From a virus, in the IMG/VR virus record IMGVR_UViG_3300022916_000005: a stretch of DNA of 64,000 nucleotides; one strand, 5' to 3'. Of the stretch, positions 10,285 through 21,598 are shown in pieces; position 1 is the stretch's first letter, and each line of letters opens with the position of its first letter. The translations under genes and the position numbers were made by a program. The notes beneath the pieces are model-generated. The model was not told where the DNA came from, did no database searches, and was given only the letters and a program-made list of their open reading frames with translations.

Positions 10285-11093
10285 TGTTACCTTCTGTTTG
10301 TATTGGCTCAACTATGGGAGTGTTGATGCATTCTGTATTAACTGACATTCCTTTGATTTACACAAATGATAAGCCATTCACATTTCTCGACAGAATGCCT
10401 CCTCAATATTCAGAATTACTTGAGGAACATTTAGGAATTCCTTTTAAAAACGGAATACTCAGAACTCCACAAGGAGATGAAATTGTTGGTCCTCTTGAAG
10501 AAGATGCTGAAGAAGATTTATTATTAAAACTTAGTTTAAATGGTGCCAACCTTTCAGGAACAGGAGTTGAAATCGTTTTCGTAAATGGAACAAATAATGT
10601 CATAAAAGTTAATTACAAAAACAAGACAAGAACCACATTTTCCCCAAATAGAATGTTTATTTATGATGACTACAAGGTTCATGGATTAACAAATCGGATC
10701 ATCAGGATACAAGATCAGAAAAATAATGACGAAGTGGTGGATACATTTGAAGTCAGAACTTCATATGACTTGTTGAAGGAAGGCAAGTTTGACAGGTTCA
10801 ACATCCAAGGGGATGTTGAGACAAAAGCGTACGTTTTTGACAATAATATTGTCAAAGTGTATGGGGCATATAAAGATATTGAAGATTTCCCAATGCACTT
10901 CATTTCAAGAAGATTAAGATTTGCCATCAATTATGTGTATGGCATTAAGTCTGAAGATATGGACATTCTTCCAATTGATAGACAATCTTGGAATAGATCG
11001 AAAAACATTTATGAGAATTCAAAGTACATTAAATTTAAAAACAACATGAGGACAACAAAATCAATCAATGAGTATTTCAAGACGAAGTGTTAA
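10284..11093 (+). CDS. Hypothetical protein
   Basis: 269-aa coupled ORF. Confidence 0.6.
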   Translation: MLPSVCIGSTMGVLMHSVLTDIPLIYTNDKPFTFLDRMPPQYSELLEEHLGIPFKNGILRTPQGDEIVGPLEEDAEEDLLLKLSLNGANLSGTGVEIVFVNGTNNVIKVNYKNKTRTTFSPNRMFIYDDYKVHGLTNRIIRIQDQKNNDEVVDTFEVRTSYDLLKEGKFDRFNIQGDVETKAYVFDNNIVKVYGAYKDIEDFPMHFISRRLRFAINYVYGIKSEDMDILPIDRQSWNRSKNIYENSKYIKFKNNMRTTKSINEYFKTKC

Positions 11094-11961
11094 ACAGAGA
11101 AGAAACACCTATTTACGCAATATTTATCGAGACCTTAAAAATAACAGTATTGGGTACGATCATGTTGCAGGGATCATTCCTGTATCAAATTTGCTATTTG
11201 ATTACGAATTTCCTTGGCACGGATGTATGATGCCAATTGGAGATGGTAAATATCTTATAGACAGATCCATAACAGAGTGTTTGGCAGCGGGAGCAAAGAA
11301 TATCTGGATTGTTGCAGATGAAGATATTCAGCCTTTCATTAGAAAACATGTTGGCGAGAAAACAAAGAACGGTGTAAAAATATTTTATATTTCATTCAAA
11401 CCAGAAGACTATATCAGCAAAAGGGCAGGAAGTTTAAATTGGACAATTATTTCTGGCATGTTTGAGGCTCGCAAATTGACAAGACCAGTTGGAGAAGCAC
11501 TCGGACCAGCCTATTTTTATGTTTCATTCCCAAATGTAGTTCACAATTATCCAACAAAGATAGTTCTTGGAAAGGAGAGTAACTTCATTTTTGAGACAAA
11601 AGATGGGAAATCAATTTATGACAACCAACTGTTAGGATGTGGATTTGATGTTCAATCAATGGGAAGGTTTTGGAATTATGTATTTGGAGAGGCTCAAAAG
11701 CCTATCGAAGAACAAACACTAGAAGATATGTTGAAAGTGAGGAAGAAAGAGTTTGCAATTTTTGAAAAAGTAAGATATTATTATGATGTGTCTACTTGGG
11801 AAGGGTATACTGCATTTATAGGTTCTGGGGATGATTTGAAAGATGTGATGAGTAATGAAAATTGGGAGAACATCACTCACGAAGAAGATTGGACAGAACC
11901 GCCAAAAAGAAATAAGAATAAGTATGTTAAAAAGTGGAAGGTCAAAGATGACAGCAAATAA
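11068..11961 (+). CDS. Nucleotidyltransferase-like (NTP_transferase N-terminal fold) protein
   Basis: AGIIPV...MMPIG...I.ECLAAGAKNIWIV pattern. Confidence 0.5.
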   Translation: MSISRRSVKQRRNTYLRNIYRDLKNNSIGYDHVAGIIPVSNLLFDYEFPWHGCMMPIGDGKYLIDRSITECLAAGAKNIWIVADEDIQPFIRKHVGEKTKNGVKIFYISFKPEDYISKRAGSLNWTIISGMFEARKLTRPVGEALGPAYFYVSFPNVVHNYPTKIVLGKESNFIFETKDGKSIYDNQLLGCGFDVQSMGRFWNYVFGEAQKPIEEQTLEDMLKVRKKEFAIFEKVRYYYDVSTWEGYTAFIGSGDDLKDVMSNENWENITHEEDWTEPPKRNKNKYVKKWKVKDDSK

Positions 11962-12517
11962 AAAGTATAATATCATATATGCAGATCCTCCTTGGAGCTT
12001 TGGTAATAAGAAAACTGGAGGGAGTTTAATATCTGGAGCATCATCACAATATGATGTTATGTCTGTTACAGATATTAAAGAGTTACCACTAATTAAAGAA
12101 ATCACAGAAGATGATTGTTTTCTATTTATGTGGTGGGTAGCATCAATGCCAAAAGAGGCGTTGGATGTAGTAGATGCTTGGGGATTTACTTTAAAGACTA
12201 TGACTGCCTTTAGTTGGATCAAGAAGACAAAGAAGTTGAAAGATCATTTTGGTATGGGATTCTACACAAGACAACAACAAGAACATTGTCTCATTGCGGT
12301 CAAAGGAAAACCAAAAGTATTATCCCACTCAGTAAGACAAAATGTGAGAGAAGTAAACATTAAACATTCAAAGAAACCAATCATTGTAAGAGATAATATT
12401 ATCGAGTTATGTGGAGATATCCCAAGAATTGAACTGTTTGCCAGAGAGACGGCGAAAGGATGGGATTCTTGGGGGAACGAGGTGAACAACAAGGAGGAAG
12501 AAAATAATGACAAATAA
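11948..12517 (+). CDS. MT-A70 family adenine methyltransferase
   Basis: IIYADPPW, LFMW, W.K, G.G.YTR, HSKKP, RIELFAR, GWDSWGNE. Confidence 0.9.
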   Translation: MTANKKYNIIYADPPWSFGNKKTGGSLISGASSQYDVMSVTDIKELPLIKEITEDDCFLFMWWVASMPKEALDVVDAWGFTLKTMTAFSWIKKTKKLKDHFGMGFYTRQQQEHCLIAVKGKPKVLSHSVRQNVREVNIKHSKKPIIVRDNIIELCGDIPRIELFARETAKGWDSWGNEVNNKEEENNDK

Positions 12518-12782
12518 TGACAACTATTCAAACATTAGCCCGAGTCTGAAAGAAAGTTTAGGAATGCCAGTAGGATACGAAGAACTTTCTTTAGAGCAAA
12601 AAGAATTCATTAATGCGATCACGGTTCAAGAACGAACATCAATTTCGTTAGATGATATCCTCGATCAGATTAAAGAAATCAAATATGAATGTCACCATCT
12701 TGAAAGTGACGATGCAATACAAATCGAAGATAGTCTTCAAGATCTCGAAGATGAAGTCCGATACTTAATGAATAACAAATAA
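12507..12782 (+). CDS. Hypothetical acidic protein
   Basis: AGGAGG RBS and ORF. Confidence 0.55.
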   Translation: MTNNDNYSNISPSLKESLGMPVGYEELSLEQKEFINAITVQERTSISLDDILDQIKEIKYECHHLESDDAIQIEDSLQDLEDEVRYLMNNK

Positions 12783-12829
12783 TCCACATTTTCATTGCGT
12801 AACCATTCAAAGAGTGCTATAATCTTAGC

Positions 12830-13836
12830 ATGGGTAAAGAAACTTACAAAAAATTTCACCAACATGACATCTGGTATTATCCAAGATGGAAATTGTTTTA
12901 CCTTGTTACAAAGGTTGAAGGGGATCTTTGTCGATTTGTGCCGATTATGAAACTATGGCTGACAATGCGCTCTTTTCATGTTCTCGGAGAACTTTCTCAC
13001 AATAGCATTTTTATTTCGAGGGTAGATGAAAGCTTTTAAAAAATATGACATTTTTCATCATACATTTGCGAATTGTGGAAGCAGGGAAGGATATATTTTG
13101 ATATTAGATGTGGAAAGGGATCGTGTTGAATATCTTCAATTAACTGGGAATAAAAAAACACATGTTTTTAGAAATTATAGCATATTTGCTTCTCGTTGCA
13201 TTCTCATCTCAAGGATAGATAATGAAGTTTAAAGTAGGTGACATTTATTATAATTATTATCACGGATACATTGTCATACTGGAAGTAAGATTTCATACCA
13301 GTATCGTATTTTACAAAGGAACAAAAACTCTTAGGGATTGGTTTAGCATTTACGGGTCACTTGCAGAAGACTTAACCCTTGTTTATGGTGGATAATGAAC
13401 AGTTTTAAAACAAATGATTTCGTATGGATACAGTACTATGGAAGTTATGCTCTTGTCAAAGAGGTTGAGATGTATAAGGCTTGGAGTGCTCAAAAGATAA
13501 AAGTAAGGACTTGTAGGTATAAGTGCATCTTACTTCCAATAAGAAGCAGTTTGAGTGCCCACTTTGAACAAGGCTCTGCTGTTGCAAATAGTTGCATCTT
13601 GATTGCTAGGGATTATAATGAATAACTTTAAAGTAGGAAACATCTATTATCATAAAAACGAATACGTTAGTGAAGGATTTGTTGTAATAATCAAGATCGA
13701 GGACAGTTATGAGGACAGTTATAATGTAAATCATCGATTTTGTACTTACTACTCTTCTGTTGAGAGGAGAACAGTTCCTTTTGAAACTGGTAGTAGATTT
13801 GCAAATCAATTACAATTAATTTACGAGGAGAAATAA
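12830..13836 (+). other. Cluster of ~5 small paralogous ORFs (12830-13039, 13026-13232, ~13222, 13395-13625, 13618-13836) behind a promoter at 12795-12823
   Basis: F(K/H)..D(I/F) starts and S.FA....LI(S/A)R ends; TTGCGT-17-TATAAT. Confidence 0.6.
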
Positions 13837-16800
13837 ATGACATTAAAGAACTATGTAAACCTACACGGACATACGAATGACAGTATTGGTGATGCTATCG
13901 GCTCGCCAGTTGAGCATATTGATTTTGCCATTAGTAACGGAGCAAAGGCCATTGCTCTAACAGATCATGGGAACATGATTAACTTTTCTGCTGCCTACCT
14001 ATACTCACAAAAACTACAAGAGCAAGGACAAGATTTCAAGGTTATTTACGGCACAGAAGCATATTTTATTGACGATTTGGAGGAATGGCATGATGAGTAT
14101 CAAGAGTATAAGAAATCTCTTAAAAACAAGAAAACCAAAAAAGAAGAAAAAGGAATTGAAGATGATCGAACCAGAGGCAAGGTTGGCAGAAATCCCATCA
14201 ATCGACGTTATCATCTCGTTCTGCTAGCAAAAAACGAGACAGGTTTGAAGAATCTATTCAAACTGATCTCTCAATCTAACAGCGACTACAATTACTATAG
14301 ATATCCTCGTATTGATTATAAGATGCTTGAAGAGCATAGTGAGGGATTGATCTGTCTTTCTGCGTGTATGGGAAGTAGAATGGCAAATGTCTATTTCAAG
14401 TACAAAGATAAGAAGAACAAAGAAGAACAAATCATTAAAGAAATGACAGAAGTCGCAGAGAAGCACAGGTCTATCTTTGGAAAGGATTATTATCTTGAAT
14501 TGCAGTGGAATGCTTTTGAAGATCAACATACAATTAATCAATACATCATTCAGGTAGCACAAAAGTTGGACATCAAATTGGTATCAACAACGGATGCTCA
14601 CTACCATAAACCAGAGTTATGGCAGAGCAGAGAGATGTATAAAAGATTGGCATGGCTATCAAAAGGAAAGGGAGAACCACTTCCAGAGAGTATTGAAGAG
14701 TTGGGTATGGAATTGTACCCAAAGAATGGGGAACAAATGTGGGATTCCTATCTCAATTATGGGAATGGATACACATATGATGATAATACAATTGAAGATT
14801 CGATCACAAGGACAAAAGAAATTGCAGATGAGATTGAAGTAATTAAGGTCAAAACGGATGTAGAGTTTCCTGATTTCGTATCCCCAGAAGGGAAGGACGC
14901 AGGAGAATACTTGAAAGAATTGTGCTACAGTTCGATGATTGAAAAGAACCTTGATAATGACAAGTATTCAAGCAGACTTGAGTATGAACTTGATGTAATT
15001 ATCAAGAGAGGATTTGCAGAGTATTTCTTATTGATGAATGAAATTATCGAAGAAGCAAAGAGAACACAACTTGTCGGTCCTGGAAGAGGGAGTTGTGGAG
15101 GAAGTTTGATTGCCTATCTTCTTGAAATCACACAGATTGATCCAATTAGGTGGGGAATGCAGTTTGAAAGATTCCTCGACATTGAGGGGAACAGTTTTCC
15201 TGATATTGATGTAGACTTTGAAGATCGTGCAGGGTTAAGAGAGATCATCGAGAAGAAGTGGAAAGAAAAGTATGGAGTAGATGTAGTACAGATCTCAAAC
15301 TTTACAACATTAAAGTTGAAGTCTCTTATTAAAGATCTTTCAAAGTATCACGAAATTCCATACAAGGAAGTTAATATCGTAACTACAGCAATGTTTGAAG
15401 AATCAGAATCATCAATTAAAGAAGAAAGAGGAATTACAGCAGGTATTCTTGACAATCCAACTCTAGATGAGGTAAAGAAGCACAGCCCATCATTGAGGGA
15501 GTTCCTTGATAATCACCCAGAAGTGTCAAAACATATGGGGGCATTAGAAGGACAAAAACGTTCAATTGGCAAGCACGCAGCAGGGATCGTAATTGGGTCA
15601 AACATCACAGAGAAAATGCCTTTAGTCAGAAGTAAGGGAACATTGCAAACCCCTTGGACAGAAGGAATCTCCGCAAGACATCTTGAACCACTAGGTTTCT
15701 TGAAGTTTGACCTTCTTGGTCTTGAAACTTTGGGGATGATCAGAGGAGCTATTGAACATACTCTCAAAAGGCATTACAACATGCCAAACCCAGAATTCAA
15801 AGACATTCAGGATTATTATAACAAAAATTTGCATCCAGACGTTCTTGACTTTTCAGACAAGATGGTATATAATAATGTATATCAAGGTGGCAATTTTGTA
15901 GGAATCTTCCAGTTTGCCAGAGATAATGTCCAACAGTTTTGTATGGATGTTAACCCAAAAGGATTGAGAGATGTTTCTGCAGTTACTGCAATTCACAGAC
16001 CAGGACCACTGATCGCAGGAGTACATAGAAAATTCATTAAGAACAGGGCGAACTCTAACTCTATTGGGTATCAACATCCAATCACAAAGGAAGTTCTTAA
16101 AGACAATGCAGGATTGGTTATCTATCAAGAAGATATTGCCAATTTGACTCATAAGCTTGGGAAAGACCTGTCATTAGCTGAAGGCAACAAACTACGAAAG
16201 TTGTTGATGAAGAAGGGATTGGGGGAGACTGGAGGGAAGAAGGAACAAATTTACAAGAAGTTCTTGGCAGGCTGTCTTGAAAAGGGAATCACGAAGAAAG
16301 AAGCAGAGAAAATGTGGAAAGAGTTTGAGGGGCACTCAAAGTACAGTTTCAACTTTTCTCACAGTTTGATGTATTCGGCAATTTCGTACCAATGCTCTTG
16401 GTTGTTGACTCATTACCCTGCCGAATGGATTGCAAGTTATCTGCAAAGAGAGAAGCCCGCAAACAAAGAACAAGCCATTTCGTCGGCAAAGAAGGCTGGG
16501 TTCAAGATTGAAGATGTAAATATCAACACTTCTGGCAAGGTTTGGGAAATCTCTGAGGACGGAAAAACACTGATTCAGCCACTAAACTCCTTAAAAGGAG
16601 TTGGAGATGCTGCAGTTGAAGAGATCCTTAAATTCAGGCCGTTTAATACCGTCGAAGAACTACTTTTCAATAAAGAGATTAGGTATGGAAAGCTAAATAA
16701 AAAGGTGATGGATGCTTTTGCAAGAGTTGGAGCATTGAAAGATCTTTATAAAGATGACAGTAGATTCAATCACTTGAGGCATTTTTGGTCATCAACTATC

Positions 16801-17253
16801 CTTGTAAGACCAACGTCACTTAAAAAGATGTTGGAGGCAGTAGACGCATTCAAGGATGAAGATGACTTTTCTCAAGATGATATGATTACGATGAAGTCAG
16901 AATTGACAGGGATGTACCCAATTGAATTGATCATGTCAGATGAACTTGACACAAGATTAAAAAATAAAGAGATTCAATCATTAGGTTCGATCTCCAAGAA
17001 GGAGAATGGAGTACATCTTTGTTGGACAATCCCTAAAGAGATCAAGACATTAAGAACAACAAGAGGATCTCAATACCTTATTGTTACATGTATTGATGAT
17101 ACGTTTGAAATTGTAAAGATCAAGTGTTGGAACGTTAACCCCAAATCGGATACGATTGCATTGAATAGAGTATATGCGGTGAAGTTAAAATACGATAAGA
17201 AGTGGGGATATTCTTGCGATGACTTTGGCAAATGTTTTAAGAGGCTAACATGA
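13837..17253 (+). CDS. dnaE: DNA polymerase III alpha subunit (family C)
   Basis: PHP domain (LHGHT, TDHG, DAHY), GPGRGS, FERFL, PDIDVD, KHAAG, KFDLLGL, YQE, YSFN.SH. Confidence 0.95.
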   Translation: MTLKNYVNLHGHTNDSIGDAIGSPVEHIDFAISNGAKAIALTDHGNMINFSAAYLYSQKLQEQGQDFKVIYGTEAYFIDDLEEWHDEYQEYKKSLKNKKTKKEEKGIEDDRTRGKVGRNPINRRYHLVLLAKNETGLKNLFKLISQSNSDYNYYRYPRIDYKMLEEHSEGLICLSACMGSRMANVYFKYKDKKNKEEQIIKEMTEVAEKHRSIFGKDYYLELQWNAFEDQHTINQYIIQVAQKLDIKLVSTTDAHYHKPELWQSREMYKRLAWLSKGKGEPLPESIEELGMELYPKNGEQMWDSYLNYGNGYTYDDNTIEDSITRTKEIADEIEVIKVKTDVEFPDFVSPEGKDAGEYLKELCYSSMIEKNLDNDKYSSRLEYELDVIIKRGFAEYFLLMNEIIEEAKRTQLVGPGRGSCGGSLIAYLLEITQIDPIRWGMQFERFLDIEGNSFPDIDVDFEDRAGLREIIEKKWKEKYGVDVVQISNFTTLKLKSLIKDLSKYHEIPYKEVNIVTTAMFEESESSIKEERGITAGILDNPTLDEVKKHSPSLREFLDNHPEVSKHMGALEGQKRSIGKHAAGIVIGSNITEKMPLVRSKGTLQTPWTEGISARHLEPLGFLKFDLLGLETLGMIRGAIEHTLKRHYNMPNPEFKDIQDYYNKNLHPDVLDFSDKMVYNNVYQGGNFVGIFQFARDNVQQFCMDVNPKGLRDVSAVTAIHRPGPLIAGVHRKFIKNRANSNSIGYQHPITKEVLKDNAGLVIYQEDIANLTHKLGKDLSLAEGNKLRKLLMKKGLGETGGKKEQIYKKFLAGCLEKGITKKEAEKMWKEFEGHSKYSFNFSHSLMYSAISYQCSWLLTHYPAEWIASYLQREKPANKEQAISSAKKAGFKIEDVNINTSGKVWEISEDGKTLIQPLNSLKGVGDAAVEEILKFRPFNTVEELLFNKEIRYGKLNKKVMDAFARVGALKDLYKDDSRFNHLRHFWSSTILVRPTSLKKMLEAVDAFKDEDDFSQDDMITMKSELTGMYPIELIMSDELDTRLKNKEIQSLGSISKKENGVHLCWTIPKEIKTLRTTRGSQYLIVTCIDDTFEIVKIKCWNVNPKSDTIALNRVYAVKLKYDKKWGYSCDDFGKCFKRLT

Positions 17254-17453
17254 AAAGTGAAGGGTATAAAGTTGGGGATATTTACTATCATACCGAATGT
17301 CGAGAGTATGTGGTGATTGTTGGGCATCTTAAGAGCGGGAAGGTTAGAGCGCGTTGTTGGACAAGAAAAGGTATAGGTGAGAACACAGTTTTTAAGCCAA
17401 ATTTGAACATGTATGCAAGATGTCTTATCCCAATTGTGGAGCGTAAAGAGTGA
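17250..17453 (+). CDS. Small KVGD-family hypothetical protein
   Basis: YKVGDIYYH. Confidence 0.55.
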   Translation: MKSEGYKVGDIYYHTECREYVVIVGHLKSGKVRARCWTRKGIGENTVFKPNLNMYARCLIPIVERKE

Positions 17454-17653
17454 GATATAGAAAAGACATCATCTCTATTGGAGATATTCGTAGGTCACTA
17501 AACTCAGGTATATTCTATTATGTTTATGGAACATGTAGACACAGTGTTAAGACTTATACTCTTCTTATTTTGAGTGGGTTATCTAAAGGAAGATATGTCC
17601 ACATCTTGAAAGGATCAATGTTCGCACAGGATTTGAGGCTTGTTTCGAAATGA
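17450..17653 (+). CDS. Small KVGD-family hypothetical protein
   Basis: ISIGDI, GSMFA..L.LVS. Confidence 0.5.
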   Translation: MRYRKDIISIGDIRRSLNSGIFYYVYGTCRHSVKTYTLLILSGLSKGRYVHILKGSMFAQDLRLVSK

Positions 17654-17918
17654 AGGCAAAGATTATGGAGAGTAAAGATGGATAAGAAACAATTACTTAA
17701 GATCATCAAGAATTTAACAAACTCATATGAATGTCATTTGGCAAAGGAAAAAGATATCAATAATTGGGATGAGTATGATTATATGATGATCCCATATTGG
17801 AGAGAGGCATTGATGGCATTGCAAATTTGTGAGCGAGAAGAAAAATTATAATCATTTTTATGTTGCAAATCATTCCTGATCGGGGTATAATGTATTAAAC
17901 AATAAAGGATAAGACACG

Positions 17919-18140
17919 ATGTTTAAAGTAAACGACCTCCTTTATACCTCGATATATCGAGAATATTGGTTGGTTTTGGAGGTTTTGAGTGACTGTGATT
18001 TGTATGTTGTCTTAATCATAAACGGGCCTTTAAAAGGCAAAATTCACAATTTATATGCATTAAAAAATGCAACAAGCTTAATTAGCAGGGAGAATAAAAA
18101 TGGACATGACAATTGGAGCGTTCATCTTGGCAGCAAGTAG
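17919..18140 (+). CDS. Small KVGD-family hypothetical protein
   Basis: FKVNDL..LISR; promoter at 17863-17891. Confidence 0.55.
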   Translation: MFKVNDLLYTSIYREYWLVLEVLSDCDLYVVLIINGPLKGKIHNLYALKNATSLISRENKNGHDNWSVHLGSK

Positions 18141-18309
18141 TATCTTTTGGTTCTACAAAGGAAAGAGAGAAGGAGTACGAGAGGCAATCTCAACAGTGAC
18201 AGCTTTGTCAATGGAGCAGGATAAGTATCGAGAAGATAATGATGGAGAAGTAAGCGAAGAAACTCAAGAAGAATTGACACAATATATCCAGTCAGCGTTG
18301 AAGGATTAA
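18100..18309 (+). CDS. Small membrane-anchored hypothetical protein
   Basis: N-terminal hydrophobic helix. Confidence 0.5.
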   Translation: MDMTIGAFILAASSIFWFYKGKREGVREAISTVTALSMEQDKYREDNDGEVSEETQEELTQYIQSALKD

Positions 18310-18311
18310 AT

Positions 18312-18500
18312 ATGCTAGAACTTATTCTTATTGTAACTGCTATTTTCTTGAGTTTCGTTGGATGGATTTTTGGTTATAAGACAGGATACAACGCGGCAAT
18401 TGAGGTTTGCGAGGAATTAACAAAAAAGGAAAGAGAAAGACTGAGCATAACACCCGTATTGGATGGTTGGAAAGAAGGAAAGAATAAAAAGGAGAATTAA
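18312..18500 (+). CDS. Small membrane-anchored hypothetical protein
   Basis: N-terminal TM helix. Confidence 0.5.
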   Translation: MLELILIVTAIFLSFVGWIFGYKTGYNAAIEVCEELTKKERERLSITPVLDGWKEGKNKKEN

Positions 18501-18952
18501 TGTATATTAAGTTTTATAGTTTGAGACTAGGAGTCAAGACACCAGAGAAAGGACACCCAGGGGATGCGGGAATCGATCTGTTTTATAACCCCGAGAAAGA
18601 AGAGGTAAAATATATTGATGCACATAGTACAGTTCTACTTAAGACAGGAATTAAGGTAGAAGTTCCATTAGGGCATGTGTTAAAGATTCAGAACAGATCA
18701 AGTATGTCCTTAAAGAAAGGGTGTATTGTTGGAGCAGGAATTGTAGATCCCCTATACGAAGGGGAAATTGGAGTAGTTCTTCACAACATTAGTGGTAAGA
18801 GCATCCAGATCAATCCAAAAGATAAGATTGCTCAAATGATTTTGTTTCCAATTGTATCTTGTGAACCTATTGAAGCACTAGATGACGACCTTTACGAGAA
18901 TACTCCAACAAGGGAAAGAAAGGATAGCGGTTTTGGAAGTACAGGACGTTAA
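18500..18952 (+). CDS. dut: Trimeric dUTPase
   Basis: DAGIDL, NRSS, GIVD..Y.GEI, IAQ, R..SGFGSTG motifs. Confidence 0.95.
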   Translation: MYIKFYSLRLGVKTPEKGHPGDAGIDLFYNPEKEEVKYIDAHSTVLLKTGIKVEVPLGHVLKIQNRSSMSLKKGCIVGAGIVDPLYEGEIGVVLHNISGKSIQINPKDKIAQMILFPIVSCEPIEALDDDLYENTPTRERKDSGFGSTGR

Positions 18953-19179
18953 ATTATTAAACATTGGAGATATCTTTCACCATAACGGAAGGGGAAGGGG
19001 TACAAGTCCGTTTTTGGGAATTATTGTTGGAGACAGTGGAGGATATTATGATATAAAATGGAGATTTACCAAAAGGCAGAACCATAATGAGTGGACAATC
19101 GGATTTTGTTCCAATTCGGATATGGAAGGATGGCTTTATAACGACAATTTAACATTTCTTTCAGAAAAGCATTTATAAA

Positions 19180-20045
19180 ATGAAGAAACTTAAAGTAGGT
19201 GACATATTCTTTCTCAAATCATCGGATATTTCCTATTCAAAATCTCGTCACTTTGGTATAATTACAAAAATCAAGAATGGAAGTTACAGTCTTTTTTGGG
19301 TTCGTTTGGCAGAAAGTAGAAAGTTTTCTGCCACAATTTGCGCTTCTTCTTTAGAAAGGTGGGAGAGGGAAGGTCGTTTAAAAGTCGTTATTCGAGGATA
19401 GTATGAAGTACCCAATTGGAACGATATTTTGTTATCACGGAATCAATTGCCCACCAACTTATTGGAAGTTTTGCATAATTATTGGACATAAAAGTAATTC
19501 GTATAGTGTAAAGTGGATTCGATATAACGGATCAACTGCGAAGTATCTCTTAGAAGTGAACAGTGTAAATCGTTGGACAGAAGATTGCAAAGGAATAATA
19601 CTTAAAATAGCATGAAGTACTCAATTGGAACGATATTTTATCACAAACCCTACACCAAAGAAGATGAGCCATTCCTTATTGTTGTTACAAGAGATAGTGG
19701 GGAATTTTGCTTATGCAACGTAAATTGGGCCTTTATTAGGAAAAATATAGAATGGGTATCTGGGACAATGAACAAGGATTGGGCAAGAAGAGAATTTAAT
19801 AATAATAATATGTACTGTATTGTAGAGTGAACATGAAGTACCCAATTGGAACAGTATTTTGTTATCACGAAATCAATTGCCCACCAAATTATTGGAAGTT
19901 TTGCATAATTATTGGACATAAAGATGGAACGTACTCTACAAAAATGATTCGTTATGATGGAAAAGCATACGCTGATTATGGATTTTGTTGTAATATAGAC
20001 CTGTGGGAAACGAACAACAAAGGAACAATATTTAAAATAACATGA
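19180..20045 (+). other. Tandem small paralogs (19180-19401, 19403-19615, 19612-19830, 19833-20045) with an ~90-bp direct repeat at 19403 and 19833
   Basis: MKY(P/S)IGT.F starts; near-identical DNA for 'MKYPIGT.FCYH.INCPP.YWKFCIIIGHK'. Confidence 0.7.
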
Positions 20046-20227
20046 AGTACCCAATTGGAACGATTATAGGAATTCCTTTTAATAAAATGTATTTTCCAGA
20101 ACACCAGTGGAAATACTTGATCATCATTTCTCAAAATTATTTCAACTTTGCGCCTCGTTATGAAGGAATCGTTATCTCGCATAGTGGCAAAAAGAAGTAT
20201 TAAAAACATGGGAGGAAAAATATTAAT

Positions 20228-20527
20228 ATGAGCATTTTAAGAAAATTTAAAAGAAAGAAACAAATCAAGGAAAAGAACATCAAACGAAAGGCAGCAGAGA
20301 AAAAGTTGCAAGAGCAAGCAACAATGTTTGATAAATTACCAGAAGGATGTTCAATTTGCAAGACACCCTTCGACAAGCAAAATAGAGAACACGCTATGAC
20401 ATGGCGAGTTTTTATTAACAACAAAGAAAAAAGAGTATCTCTGTTTTGCCCAAATTGCTATCAGGAGGCAGAGGAAAAAAATGAAAAAAGGGATTCAAAC
20501 ACCGGACAAACACAAACCAAGAATTGA
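20228..20527 (+). CDS. Hypothetical Zn-binding protein
   Basis: CSIC...CPNC. Confidence 0.6.
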   Translation: MSILRKFKRKKQIKEKNIKRKAAEKKLQEQATMFDKLPEGCSICKTPFDKQNREHAMTWRVFINNKEKRVSLFCPNCYQEAEEKNEKRDSNTGQTQTKN

Positions 20528-20867
20528 TTTTAGTTTTGGACAAGAAGAATCAAGAGTAAGATGGGGCCACGTTACTTTTGTAGAAAAAAGACAATTACAA
20601 GAATTTGATATTTGTCTCTCCAGAGACAAAATGACTAGAGGTGAATTTGTAAGGAACTGCATTGATCTTTACATTTCAAGGGATAAATCTTTTAACGATG
20701 TCTTAGACAAAATGTTGATAAGAATGAATCGAAACATGGATCCAGATGAAACCAAAATCTCAAGAGAGATTTTAAAGAAGAGAGAGAAGCAGGCAGAACT
20801 TGATGATGAGATTTTAGGGGAAGGTGATATTAAAAGTTTCTTTGACAATGTTGAAGAGAATAGTTAA
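20481..20867 (+). CDS. Hypothetical protein
   Basis: 128-aa ORF. Confidence 0.55.
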   Translation: MKKGIQTPDKHKPRIDFSFGQEESRVRWGHVTFVEKRQLQEFDICLSRDKMTRGEFVRNCIDLYISRDKSFNDVLDKMLIRMNRNMDPDETKISREILKKREKQAELDDEILGEGDIKSFFDNVEENS

Positions 20868-20952
20868 TCTCTTTCTGTCTTTTTGCATATTGAATACTAT
20901 TTATTACAATAAAGCAAGTTTTATCTGCTATTAAAAAGGAGAAAGTACAACA

Positions 20953-21549
20953 ATGAGTAAGAAACTATTACTAACAGAGGCAACCACAAAGTCGTTTATG
21001 CGATTAGCTGGTTTGAAGTCTGGAGCATTCCTGACAGAGATGGCAGATGAAGGTTCTGACGTTGGCGAAGCACCAGAAGAGGGTGTTGTAGAGGAAGAAG
21101 TAATCCCAGGAGAAGATGAGGAGATTGACATCGAGGCCGATCTTGAAGGTGAGGCTCCTATGGACACTCCTGTTGAAGCTCCTGTTGAGGGTGGAGATAT
21201 GGCTCCAATTGACGATGTCCCTGTTGAGGATGGAAGTGCGGTCCCTAATGCGGAGGCTATCGCAGCAGCAGTAGCTACAGCAGTTGCTCAAGTAATTCAG
21301 GATGAGTTAGGTATTGAAGCTTCCGTAGAAGGTGGTGATGAGATGGGACTAGAAGGTGAGTTAGGAGAGGAACTTCCTGTAGAAGACGATCTTGGGCTAG
21401 ATACCGAAGTTCCTGTCGAAAGTGAAGAAATGCCTCCAATGGATGATGAACTTGTCAACGAAGTTACAGAGCGAGTATTTAAACGACTCAAAGGGATGCA
21501 AAGAAAGGCTCCTGCAAAACAGAAGCGAGTTATTCGACAAAAGAAGTAA
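20953..21549 (+). CDS. Highly acidic low-complexity protein, possible virion/scaffold-type late protein
   Basis: LLTE / FMRLAGL / LVNEV motifs; ACTATTTA motif upstream. Confidence 0.55.
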   Translation: MSKKLLLTEATTKSFMRLAGLKSGAFLTEMADEGSDVGEAPEEGVVEEEVIPGEDEEIDIEADLEGEAPMDTPVEAPVEGGDMAPIDDVPVEDGSAVPNAEAIAAAVATAVAQVIQDELGIEASVEGGDEMGLEGELGEELPVEDDLGLDTEVPVESEEMPPMDDELVNEVTERVFKRLKGMQRKAPAKQKRVIRQKK

Positions 21550-21598
21550 GACATTCGTTCTTATTTCGACATAATAAAAACAACAAAAAGAGGCTTAA

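Noticed and set aside
5636-17253. Introns or inteins in nrdJ and dnaE
   Set aside because: Both reading frames are continuous, of normal length, and lack splice-junction motifs.
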